Origin: Deltaproteobacteria bacterium
Lineage (GTDB): Bacteria; Desulfobacterota; JAENJC01
Assembly: GCA_030646755.1 (NCBI GenBank)
Contig: JAUSKU010000076.1
Location: forward strand, 5,162 to 69,161
Reading direction: 5' to 3'
DNA length: 64,000 nt
The position numbers and the translations under genes were made by a program. The notes beneath the pieces are model-generated. The model did not search any database. It worked only from the letters and a program-made list of their open reading frames with translations, and was not told where the DNA came from. Shown piece after piece: positions 9,619 through 17,910 of the stretch (position 1 is the first letter of the stretch; every line of letters starts with the position of its first letter).

Positions 9619-10797
9619 ATGAATATCCAGCAGATGAGAAATATAGATTCCTTAATTGGAGGGATCGTTTGCCTGCTCTTAGAGATCTCTGAGCGGATCA
9701 AAAGGATATTTTTCAACAGACCTTCCATTCCTTCTGATGTAGAAAATATACTGATTACAAAGTATCTGGGAATGGGGAGTATCCTGCTCGCAACCCCGAT
9801 GTTAAGGAGCTTGCGGTCCAAGTTCCCAAAAAGTAAAATTGTCTTCATGACATTTGACGGCAACGCACAGTTTGCCAGGCAAATTAGCGTGATTGATGAA
9901 GTGATTTCAATAAGAACCAAGACATTGTCATCATTCACAATAGACCTGTTGAGGGCTCTTTTTAAAATAAGACGAAAAAGGTTCGATCTGGTCTTTGACC
10001 TCGAGTTTTTTGCCAGATTTTCTACAATTGTCTCATACCTGAGCGGAGCAAAGATGAGGGTTGGGTACTATCTTCCGAAGTTATGGAGGGGTGACCTCCT
10101 TACCCACCAGGTCCATTTTAACCCGTATAAGCACGTCACAGAGGTTTTTGCGGCGCAGTTAAAATCCATCGGAATAAAGGTAACGGATTTCAGCTTAGTT
10201 CCGCCCGTTCTCAAGGAAGAAAAGGTTGCGAGCGTTCGATCATTGCTCAAAGAAAAGGGCGTTAATGAAGGAGAAAAAATAGTATCGGTAAATGTCAACG
10301 CCAGCGACCTGTCTGTAGAGAGGAAGTGGCCCAGAGAGAGTTTTGTAGAGCTTATAGCTTCTATCATTGAACGGGAAAAAGAGACGAGGATTATCCTTGT
10401 AGGTTCAAAAGGAGAGGTAAAATATGTAAAAAGTGTATATGATTCACTACCTGAAGAAACTAGGGGCAGGGTGATAGATCTTTCTGGGAATCTTGATATA
10501 GAGGAGTTCATAGCGCTTCTCAAGCATAGCGCCCTCTTTATAACCAATGACAGCGGTCCTCTTCATATCGCATCCTCCCTTGGTACGCCTACCGTCTCGT
10601 TCTTTGGGCCCGAGTCTCCATCACTTTACGGACCCGTAGGCAGCCGTAATATGGTTTTCTATGCAGGAATATATTGCAGTCCCTGCCTTAATGTTTATAA
10701 TGCCAAAACTGCAATGTGCAAAGGGGACAATCGCTGCATGAAAGAGATAAAGCCTTCAGAAGTTATAGATACCTTGCTTAAAGAAGGGATGTTATAA
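9619..10797 (+). CDS. GT9-family glycosyltransferase (LPS heptosyltransferase-like) with a Cys-rich C-terminal tail
   Basis: ILITKYLGMGSILLATPMLRSLRSKFPKSKIVFMT and LVGSKGE...ITNDSGPLHIASSLGTPTVSFFGP motifs are typical of GT9. Confidence 0.75.
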   Translation: MNIQQMRNIDSLIGGIVCLLLEISERIKRIFFNRPSIPSDVENILITKYLGMGSILLATPMLRSLRSKFPKSKIVFMTFDGNAQFARQISVIDEVISIRTKTLSSFTIDLLRALFKIRRKRFDLVFDLEFFARFSTIVSYLSGAKMRVGYYLPKLWRGDLLTHQVHFNPYKHVTEVFAAQLKSIGIKVTDFSLVPPVLKEEKVASVRSLLKEKGVNEGEKIVSVNVNASDLSVERKWPRESFVELIASIIEREKETRIILVGSKGEVKYVKSVYDSLPEETRGRVIDLSGNLDIEEFIALLKHSALFITNDSGPLHIASSLGTPTVSFFGPESPSLYGPVGSRNMVFYAGIYCSPCLNVYNAKTAMCKGDNRCMKEIKPSEVIDTLLKEGML

Positions 10798-11687
10798 TGA
10801 CTCGATTCGAGAGGATAATCAGGGCATGTCCCGTATGCGGAGATAAGGATTTTAAGAGGCTGTTTTCCAAGGATGGGCTTGAATTCGTCAAATGTAGAGG
10901 TTGCGGCTTGGTTTACATCAACCCCCAGCCTGCGGACGATGAGATAAGCGCCTTATACTCCGAGGATTACTATAAACCCTGGGGTCTGGATACAGATTCT
11001 TCGGTAGTTTCAGAGATGAAGATCACTACCTTTGACGACAAGCTTACAATGGTCGAGAGGTTCATTAAGAAAGGAAGGATACTCGATATAGGATGTGCCA
11101 CAGGATTCTTCCTTGAGGCTGCGAAGAGGAAGGGATGGGACGTCTTCGGAGTGGAGATATCCCCATACTCTGCAGCAATAGCCCAGGAAAGGTTTGGAAA
11201 AGACAGAGTCTTCAGCGGACCACTGGAAGCGGCATCGTACAAGGACGGTTTTTTCGATGTGGTCTTTATGTCGGATCTTGTAGAGCATGTAAAGGACCTT
11301 GATCTTTTTTTTAAAGAAGTCTTTCGAATAGTAAAGGTTAAGGGAATTATTGCAATAGTGACCCCGAACATAGAAAGCCTGTCTTACAGAATCATGAGAA
11401 AGTTATGGCCTCACCTCAAGATGGAGCATCTCTACTATTTTTCGCCTTCAACGATGAAAAGGCTTCTTGAGAGGGAGGGGTTCAACCCGGTTTACATGTC
11501 CGCTGCAACCAAGGCGTTGAACCTGAGTTATGTAGAAAGGCAGTTTTCAACTTATCCAATGCCATTGTTGACCCCTGCGCTCAAGTGGCTTGCAGCGGTA
11601 TTGCCTGATGGCCTGAAAAACAGGAAGATCATGGTACATACCGGAGAAATATTTGTGATTGCCGAGAGAGTAATTAAAAATGCCTGA
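10797..11687 (+). CDS. class I SAM-dependent methyltransferase with an N-terminal Cys4 zinc ribbon, paralog of 5359..6333
   Basis: CPVCGDK...CRGCG ribbon; LDIGCATGFF motif; FDVVFMSDLVEHVKD. Confidence 0.75.
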   Translation: MTRFERIIRACPVCGDKDFKRLFSKDGLEFVKCRGCGLVYINPQPADDEISALYSEDYYKPWGLDTDSSVVSEMKITTFDDKLTMVERFIKKGRILDIGCATGFFLEAAKRKGWDVFGVEISPYSAAIAQERFGKDRVFSGPLEAASYKDGFFDVVFMSDLVEHVKDLDLFFKEVFRIVKVKGIIAIVTPNIESLSYRIMRKLWPHLKMEHLYYFSPSTMKRLLEREGFNPVYMSAATKALNLSYVERQFSTYPMPLLTPALKWLAAVLPDGLKNRKIMVHTGEIFVIAERVIKNA

Positions 11688-13062
11688 TAAGATCCTACTG
11701 CTGAACCCGCCCGGTAAAAAGTTATATGTCCGGGATTATTACTGCAGCAAGATATCTAAAAGCAACTACCTCTTTCATCCCGTTGACCTACTGATGCTCA
11801 GCGGCAGACTGGCTGAACGGTATGAGGTGCGGCTGATAGATGCCATTGCCGACAGAATAGATGATGCCTCCTGCTTAACTATGATTGATGCCATCTCTCC
11901 AGATGTCATAATTTCATTGATTGGCGCCGTATCTCTTGATGAGGACCTGCCGTTTATAAAAAGACTTGCAAAAGATGGACGGCGTATCGTGGTAAGCGGG
12001 GATATCTCACTGGAAAACACAGAGAAATGGTTGGACGGCTATCCCTTTATAGATGCTGTCATCCTTGACTTCACCTCGGATGACATAATTCATTACCTGA
12101 AAGGTAATCACAGCGCAATCAGCGGCATGGTTTACAGAACAGTGAAGGGGATAAGCAAGACCAATCCGGCAAGACCTAAGAATGAGGCTTTTTTCTTGCC
12201 TATACCGAGACACGACCTATTCTCATCTAAAAACTACCGTTTCCCTTTCGTAAGGCACAAACGGTTTGCTACTGTACTTACTGATTATGGCTGTCCGTTC
12301 AGGTGCTCCTTCTGTGTCATGAGCACCCTCGGTTACAGATACAGAGAGGTTGAAAATGTAATCGAGGAGCTCAAAACATTAAAGAGACTTGGCAAGAAGG
12401 AGATCTTTTTTATAGACCAGACCTTCGGTATAAATAAAAAACGCATCCTTGACTTATGTCAAAGAATGAAGGAGGAGGGGTTCAATCTAGGCTGGGTATG
12501 TTATTCAAGGGTGGACTTAGTAGTTGAAGAGGTGATAAAGGGGATGAAGGAGGCTGGCTGTCACACTATAATCTTCGGCGTAGAGTCTGCCAGTGAGGAG
12601 ATACTGAAAAAATATCAGAAGGGTTACAATAAGACCCAGATAAGGGATGCTTTCAGGCTTTGCAAAAAATACAATATTAGAACAGTTGCTACATTCATCC
12701 TCGGCCTGCCTGAGGAGACGGAAGAAACCGCCAATGAGACGATAGAGTTTTTGAAGGAGTTAGATTGCGACTTCGCCTCATTTAATGTGGCGGTTCCCAG
12801 GATGAATACTCCCTTAAGACAAAAGGCTATCCGGGAGGGGCTCATAACCTCTGACCTGGAGATTATGGACCAGGGAGGCGCTTCCATAGCCATGCCGACC
12901 AGGCACTTGACTATGGAACAGGTTCAGGATCTGAAAAAAAAGGCGATCAGGGGGTTCTATCTGAGACCCTCATATCTATGGAGAAGGTTGAAAGGCGTAT
13001 CGTCTTTGTATGAGCTTAAGGAACAGGTTTCCGAGGGGTTAACTTTGCTGAAGGGGATATAG
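11680..13062 (+). CDS. B12-binding domain radical SAM enzyme (class B), 1 of 3 in tandem
   Basis: N-terminal cobalamin-binding Rossmann-like domain (KILLLNPPGKK...) followed by a CPFRCSFC radical SAM cysteine triad. Confidence 0.8.
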   Translation: MPDKILLLNPPGKKLYVRDYYCSKISKSNYLFHPVDLLMLSGRLAERYEVRLIDAIADRIDDASCLTMIDAISPDVIISLIGAVSLDEDLPFIKRLAKDGRRIVVSGDISLENTEKWLDGYPFIDAVILDFTSDDIIHYLKGNHSAISGMVYRTVKGISKTNPARPKNEAFFLPIPRHDLFSSKNYRFPFVRHKRFATVLTDYGCPFRCSFCVMSTLGYRYREVENVIEELKTLKRLGKKEIFFIDQTFGINKKRILDLCQRMKEEGFNLGWVCYSRVDLVVEEVIKGMKEAGCHTIIFGVESASEEILKKYQKGYNKTQIRDAFRLCKKYNIRTVATFILGLPEETEETANETIEFLKELDCDFASFNVAVPRMNTPLRQKAIREGLITSDLEIMDQGGASIAMPTRHLTMEQVQDLKKKAIRGFYLRPSYLWRRLKGVSSLYELKEQVSEGLTLLKGI

Positions 13063-13064
13063 AT

Positions 13065-14489
13065 ATGGCGCGCGTAGCATTTGTACAGAATATGGCATTT
13101 GAATACCTTGGAGTTATGTACATATCCGCCATGCTGAAAAAGCACGGACACAAGGTGGAGATGTTCATTGTAGGGAAGAACGAAGAGAAGACGATAGAAG
13201 AGATTTCATCCTTCAAGCCAGACCTGGTCGGATTTCCATGTACTACGGGGGTGCACAGGTGGGCTCTTAAGTTCGCTGGGAAGATGAAGTTGAGGGTGCC
13301 ATGTAAGGTGATCTTCGGAGGTGCCCATGCAACATACTTCCCTGAAGTCATCAACGACCCCCAGGTAGACATCATCTGTCGAAGCGAAGGGGAGTATGCA
13401 GCCCTTGAGATAGCCGATAAGATAGACAGGGGTTCCGACATCTCAGACACCTTAAACTGTTGGGTGAAGGTGAACGGGTTGGTTGTAAAGAACGACCAGC
13501 GCCCCCTCGTTGAAAACCTCGATGAACTTCCGTTCCCTGACAGGGAACTATATATAGGCAAATACCCATACCTCAAGAGGTCGCAGAAGGCATTCATAGG
13601 CGGAAGGGGTTGCCCCTTTGACTGCACATTCTGTTTTAACCATGCCCTTATTAAGCTATACAAGGGAAAGGGCAAGGTGGTGCGATACAGGAGCGTAGAC
13701 AACCTTATCGCTGAAATTAAAGAGGTCAGGGATAGATACGGTCTGAGAACGGTGTACATGCAGGACGACACCTTCATCCTCAACAAGAAGTGGGTTGCGG
13801 AGTTTGCGGAAAAATACAAGAGGGAGGTAGGGCTGCCGTTTGTCTGCCTTATAAGGGCTGATCTCGCGGACGAGGAGATGATAAAGAAACTTGCTGAGGC
13901 GGGATGCAAGAATGTCTTCTTTGGTGTTGAGGCAGGCTCCGAAGACCTGCGCAATTCCCTACTGAAAAAGAAGGTAACCGATGAGGAGATTAGGAGTGTT
14001 GCTGCACTTCTTAAAAAATATGGGATGAAGTTCAGGACCTACAACATGCTTGGGCTGCCTGGAGAGACCCTCGAAGACGCATTCAGGACTGTAACGATCA
14101 ATGCAGAGATAGGGACGGATTATCCGTGGTGTGCACTTTTCCACCCCTTTCCAGGAACTGAACTGGCGGAATATGCAAAGGAAAAGGGGCTTCTTGATGC
14201 ATCCGTGGATACCGCAAACCCTTCATTTTTCAAGGACAGTATCATAAAGTCCGAACACAAGAGGGAGCTTGTTAATCTCCAGAAGCTCTTTTTCTATGGT
14301 GTGAAGTTTCCAAGGAGCATGCCGCTGATAAAAAGGTTGATACGTCTGAGGCCCAATATCTTTTTTGACTTAGCCTTCCTTGCCAGTTACGCTTGGTGCT
14401 ATCTGCTCAGTGAAAACCTCACATTAAGAGAGATGCTCTCCGTTGGTTTCAGGAACGTCAAGGGGTTCTTCTTCTCAAAAGGGGACTGA
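13065..14489 (+). CDS. B12-binding domain radical SAM enzyme (class B), 2 of 3
   Basis: MARVAFVQNMAFEYLGVMYISAMLKKHGHKVE B12-like domain; GGRGCPFDCTFC radical SAM motif. Confidence 0.8.
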   Translation: MARVAFVQNMAFEYLGVMYISAMLKKHGHKVEMFIVGKNEEKTIEEISSFKPDLVGFPCTTGVHRWALKFAGKMKLRVPCKVIFGGAHATYFPEVINDPQVDIICRSEGEYAALEIADKIDRGSDISDTLNCWVKVNGLVVKNDQRPLVENLDELPFPDRELYIGKYPYLKRSQKAFIGGRGCPFDCTFCFNHALIKLYKGKGKVVRYRSVDNLIAEIKEVRDRYGLRTVYMQDDTFILNKKWVAEFAEKYKREVGLPFVCLIRADLADEEMIKKLAEAGCKNVFFGVEAGSEDLRNSLLKKKVTDEEIRSVAALLKKYGMKFRTYNMLGLPGETLEDAFRTVTINAEIGTDYPWCALFHPFPGTELAEYAKEKGLLDASVDTANPSFFKDSIIKSEHKRELVNLQKLFFYGVKFPRSMPLIKRLIRLRPNIFFDLAFLASYAWCYLLSENLTLREMLSVGFRNVKGFFFSKGD

Positions 14490-14507
14490 CACATACCCCT
14501 TCATGCA

Positions 14508-15962
14508 TTGTCTGGAGGTAAATCTATTTTGAAGACTATCGTATTTGTGAGTCCTCCGCTAACCTTAAGGGAAAGGTACGGTGTAGACCGTCAGAGCGGC
14601 GGGGAGACAATGCCGCTGGGCCTCGCCTTTCTTGCAGGGGTTACGCGGCGCGAAGGTTACGAGACGTATATAGTAGATGCGGAGGTCCTTGGCCTTACTC
14701 CTGAGGGAGCGTCTGAGGCCATAATGCGGCATAACCCGGATGTGGTCGGTTTTACTGCGGTAACGATATCGGTACACCATGCCGCTACCGTAGCCAGACT
14801 AATAAAGAACATTGATAATAAGGTTATAACTCTCGTGGGCGGACATCACATATCTGCGGTCCCCAGTGAGACGATGAAGCTTTTCCCTGAGTTCGACATA
14901 GGCGTGCTTGGTGAAGGAGAAGTAACTATTGTGGAGCTCCTTGACGCCCTGAAAAATGGCCGCAACCTGAAAGATGTGAAGGGCCTTATCCTGAGGGAAG
15001 GAGATGGCTTTTACTTAACAGGGAAAAGAGAGCGCTTGAAAGAGCTTGACTCGCTGCCCTTGCCTGCATGGGACCTCCTTCCAAAAATCTCCGAATACTA
15101 CTGCCCTCCCGTGCACACGGTAAAGAAGCTGCCTGCAACCAACCTGGTCACCTCAAGGGGGTGTCCCGGACAGTGTGTCTTCTGCGCTAGGACCGTATAT
15201 GAAAACAAGGGCACGTATTTCACTGCGGCCCGGGTCATGGAGATGATCAAGGACCTGTATCATAATTACGGCATCAGGGAGATACAGTTCAGGGACGACA
15301 ACTTTACCGTCTTCAGGAAAAGGCTTCTGGAGTTATGCGAAAATTTGAAGGAGGCAAGGCTCGACCTGGCATGGTCCTGTACGGGAAGGGTGGATACTGT
15401 TACGCCTGAGACACTTAAGGCTATGAAAGAAGCAGGGTGCTGGCAGATATGGTACGGTATAGAGAGCGGCTCACAGAGGATTCTTGACCTTGTGCAAAAG
15501 GGGACCACTATAGAGGGAATAAGAGAAGCAGTGAGGTGGACAAAGGATGCCGGTATAAACCCTTGCGGTTTCTTTATAATCGGACATCCAGGTGAGACAA
15601 AGGAGTCGATAAATGAGACCATAGATTTTGCCGTAAACCTCGATCTTGCAGAGTGCCACGCAAGCTTTATGACTCCCTTCCCTGGTTCGGAGCTTTATAT
15701 TACTTACGAAAAATACGGCGCCTTTGAAAACGACTGGAAAAGATTAAACGGATGGACCCCCATGTTTGTTCCATACGGCCTTACTAAAGAAGAGATGAAG
15801 TATTATTCGAACAAATTTCACAAGAGGTTCTTCTTTAGACCGAAAATAATAATCTCATATCTCTTTAAGATACGGAGCTGGAAACACCTTGCTGTTTACA
15901 TGCAGGGATTCCGGGCGCTCCTGAGCTTCCTTAGCAAGAAAGAAAAGAATACGGCCCAATAA
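14508..15962 (+). CDS. B12-binding domain radical SAM enzyme (class B), 3 of 3. The start is TTG 14508, or TTG 14529 with a GGAGGT RBS.
   Basis: ILKTIVFVSPPLT...; SRGCPGQCVFC motif. Confidence 0.8.
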   Translation: MSGGKSILKTIVFVSPPLTLRERYGVDRQSGGETMPLGLAFLAGVTRREGYETYIVDAEVLGLTPEGASEAIMRHNPDVVGFTAVTISVHHAATVARLIKNIDNKVITLVGGHHISAVPSETMKLFPEFDIGVLGEGEVTIVELLDALKNGRNLKDVKGLILREGDGFYLTGKRERLKELDSLPLPAWDLLPKISEYYCPPVHTVKKLPATNLVTSRGCPGQCVFCARTVYENKGTYFTAARVMEMIKDLYHNYGIREIQFRDDNFTVFRKRLLELCENLKEARLDLAWSCTGRVDTVTPETLKAMKEAGCWQIWYGIESGSQRILDLVQKGTTIEGIREAVRWTKDAGINPCGFFIIGHPGETKESINETIDFAVNLDLAECHASFMTPFPGSELYITYEKYGAFENDWKRLNGWTPMFVPYGLTKEEMKYYSNKFHKRFFFRPKIIISYLFKIRSWKHLAVYMQGFRALLSFLSKKEKNTAQ

Positions 15963-16025
15963 CTGATATCGGAGGTAATTAATATTAAACTGAGATATTC
16001 CTTTATCATAATATCCCTGTCCGTT

Positions 16026-17858
16026 GTGGTGTTGTATGCCGACACGATATCTCTGTTCTTCTATTACGACGACTTTGAGCGCCTCAGGGATGTAATAGCA
16101 GGCCAGGGTAATCCTTTTTTTATCTTTACACCTATTTATCGTCCCGGGGTTGCCTACTTCACCCCTATCTTTTATTTGTTTTTTGGCTCCTGTTATAAGC
16201 TCTTCGGTTTTAACCCGACCCCCTTTCACTTAATGAGTATAATCACCCATATCGTCAATTCAAGCCTTGTATGCTATTTTACCTTCCTTCTAACCAGGCA
16301 GAGATTTTTGGCAATGACAGCGGGAATCGTGTTTGCTATAAGTTTTAATATTGTTGATGCCGTTATCTGGCCATCGGCCTATGCAGACCCGATAGCCTTC
16401 CTGTTTTCTATCACGGCCCTCATAGGATTTTATAAATATTTAAAAACACCCAAATCGGCTTATTACGTCATAACCATTATATTTTTCATCCTTGCGCTTT
16501 CTGCAAAGATACAAGCCATGTTTCTACCGATAGGCTTGTTCGTGACAGAACTATATTACTTGACCACCGTGCAACAGAAGTTCAAAACCGCAGTGTTGAT
16601 CAAGTATCTGCCATTTATCATATTGAACCTCGTTTATCTGCTTCTTTTAAAGATCTTTGCCCCTCCCCTCGATGCAGGCTCAATAATTAACCTGAGCACG
16701 ATTTTATCGAACATTATTATAATCCCCCTGCTCTATATAATCCCGGAAGGGATATTGCCGCATTCTATCTTATATCCTCTTATAATTGATATTGGTCTGT
16801 TTGTTATACTACTCGTATTATTTTTCCGGCATTCAGCTAAGAATAACCTAATATGGTATGGGCCTGCCTTGCTGTTTATGGGGATATTGGCGCTGGTCCC
16901 TCTTAAGTGGAACTTCCCTTTGTATCCAGACCCAATGAATGAGAGCATCAGACACCGTCTTTACCTCGGTAACCTTGGATTTTCTATACTCGCAGGGGTG
17001 ATTATTCATGAGATATATCTTTTGACCTCGAATAGACTTACAAGGAGGGCGCTCTTTGTTTGCGGCCTGTTTGTCTTTCTTGCTCTAAATCTGAGTCAGT
17101 TATACAGGATAAAATCAGCATATATAAAAGTGACCTCGGATACCGAAAAGTCGCTTAATCAACTCAGAGAGTTGATTACTCAACTTCCGATTGAAAAAAG
17201 AAATATCTATATAGTGAATTTTCCACCTAACCAAGGGTTTGGAGTATCTATACAGAAACTCTTTCTGAATATAAAGGGGCTGAATCTTGGATTATGGCCT
17301 ACCGAGATACCTATAGGGTTGCCGGAAGATAGCCTTCAGATCTATTTGCATCTCAATGGCAACATATATGACCGCAATAGCAATGTTAGGAATGTTGCTT
17401 CAACTGCATGGGAGCATTTATACTCCGGCCAGTTTCTTCTGCTGACGGGGAAACAAGCAGATGCGGTGGAAGAGTTGCGAATGGCTTCAACAAATAGCTC
17501 ATGGGGTGATGGGAAAATTCATCATATTTTAGGTGTCACCTATCTTGGATTAGGGGAAAAAGAGCAGGCAATCGAAGAATTAAACAAGGCAATATTGAAT
17601 AATAGACGATATCCTGAAATTTATTCTTTACTTGGGACGTTGTATTTTGAAAAAGGAGATATTAACAGGGCTATTGAAAACCTTGGGCTTGCATTAAAAT
17701 CTAATCCTGCGGATTTCAAGATAATGGAGGATCTGGCTCTTATATATGAGGCTAAAGGAGAGATCCAGAAAGCAAGAATTTTATTTAAAAAGGCATTGTC
17801 ATTTGAGAGCAGACCAGAGTATAGGCGACAGATTGAGGAAAAGTTGCACAAGCACTGA
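16026..17858 (+). CDS. TMTC-like membrane protein: DUF1736-type multi-TM domain plus C-terminal TPR repeats (putative GT-C O-mannosyltransferase-like)
   Basis: The membrane domain aligns by eye with the 57474 and 59292 products (FHLMSIITHIVNSSLVCYFTFLL vs NWHPLTMISYALDYSIWGL...). The C-terminal 150 aa are TPR-like (GDGKIHHILGVTYLGLGEKEQAIEELNKAI...). GTG/alternative start. Confidence 0.55.
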   Translation: MVLYADTISLFFYYDDFERLRDVIAGQGNPFFIFTPIYRPGVAYFTPIFYLFFGSCYKLFGFNPTPFHLMSIITHIVNSSLVCYFTFLLTRQRFLAMTAGIVFAISFNIVDAVIWPSAYADPIAFLFSITALIGFYKYLKTPKSAYYVITIIFFILALSAKIQAMFLPIGLFVTELYYLTTVQQKFKTAVLIKYLPFIILNLVYLLLLKIFAPPLDAGSIINLSTILSNIIIIPLLYIIPEGILPHSILYPLIIDIGLFVILLVLFFRHSAKNNLIWYGPALLFMGILALVPLKWNFPLYPDPMNESIRHRLYLGNLGFSILAGVIIHEIYLLTSNRLTRRALFVCGLFVFLALNLSQLYRIKSAYIKVTSDTEKSLNQLRELITQLPIEKRNIYIVNFPPNQGFGVSIQKLFLNIKGLNLGLWPTEIPIGLPEDSLQIYLHLNGNIYDRNSNVRNVASTAWEHLYSGQFLLLTGKQADAVEELRMASTNSSWGDGKIHHILGVTYLGLGEKEQAIEELNKAILNNRRYPEIYSLLGTLYFEKGDINRAIENLGLALKSNPADFKIMEDLALIYEAKGEIQKARILFKKALSFESRPEYRRQIEEKLHKH

Positions 17859-17910
17859 GAATGTTCCCAAAATCATAGACAGAAGCCCTTCCATATGATA
17901 CAAATAACTC

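Noticed and set aside
13016-13954. 312-aa minus-strand ORF overlapping radical SAM genes
   Set aside because: It is a shadow ORF inside two conserved radical SAM genes, with a Ser-rich nonsense-like composition.
16026-16100. Missing N-terminal TM segment of the 16026 TMTC-like gene suggesting truncation/pseudogene
   Set aside because: The frame closes 3 codons upstream and the gene immediately follows the preceding stop. A shorter N-terminus is plausible, and there is no frameshift evidence, so it is kept as an intact CDS with lower confidence.
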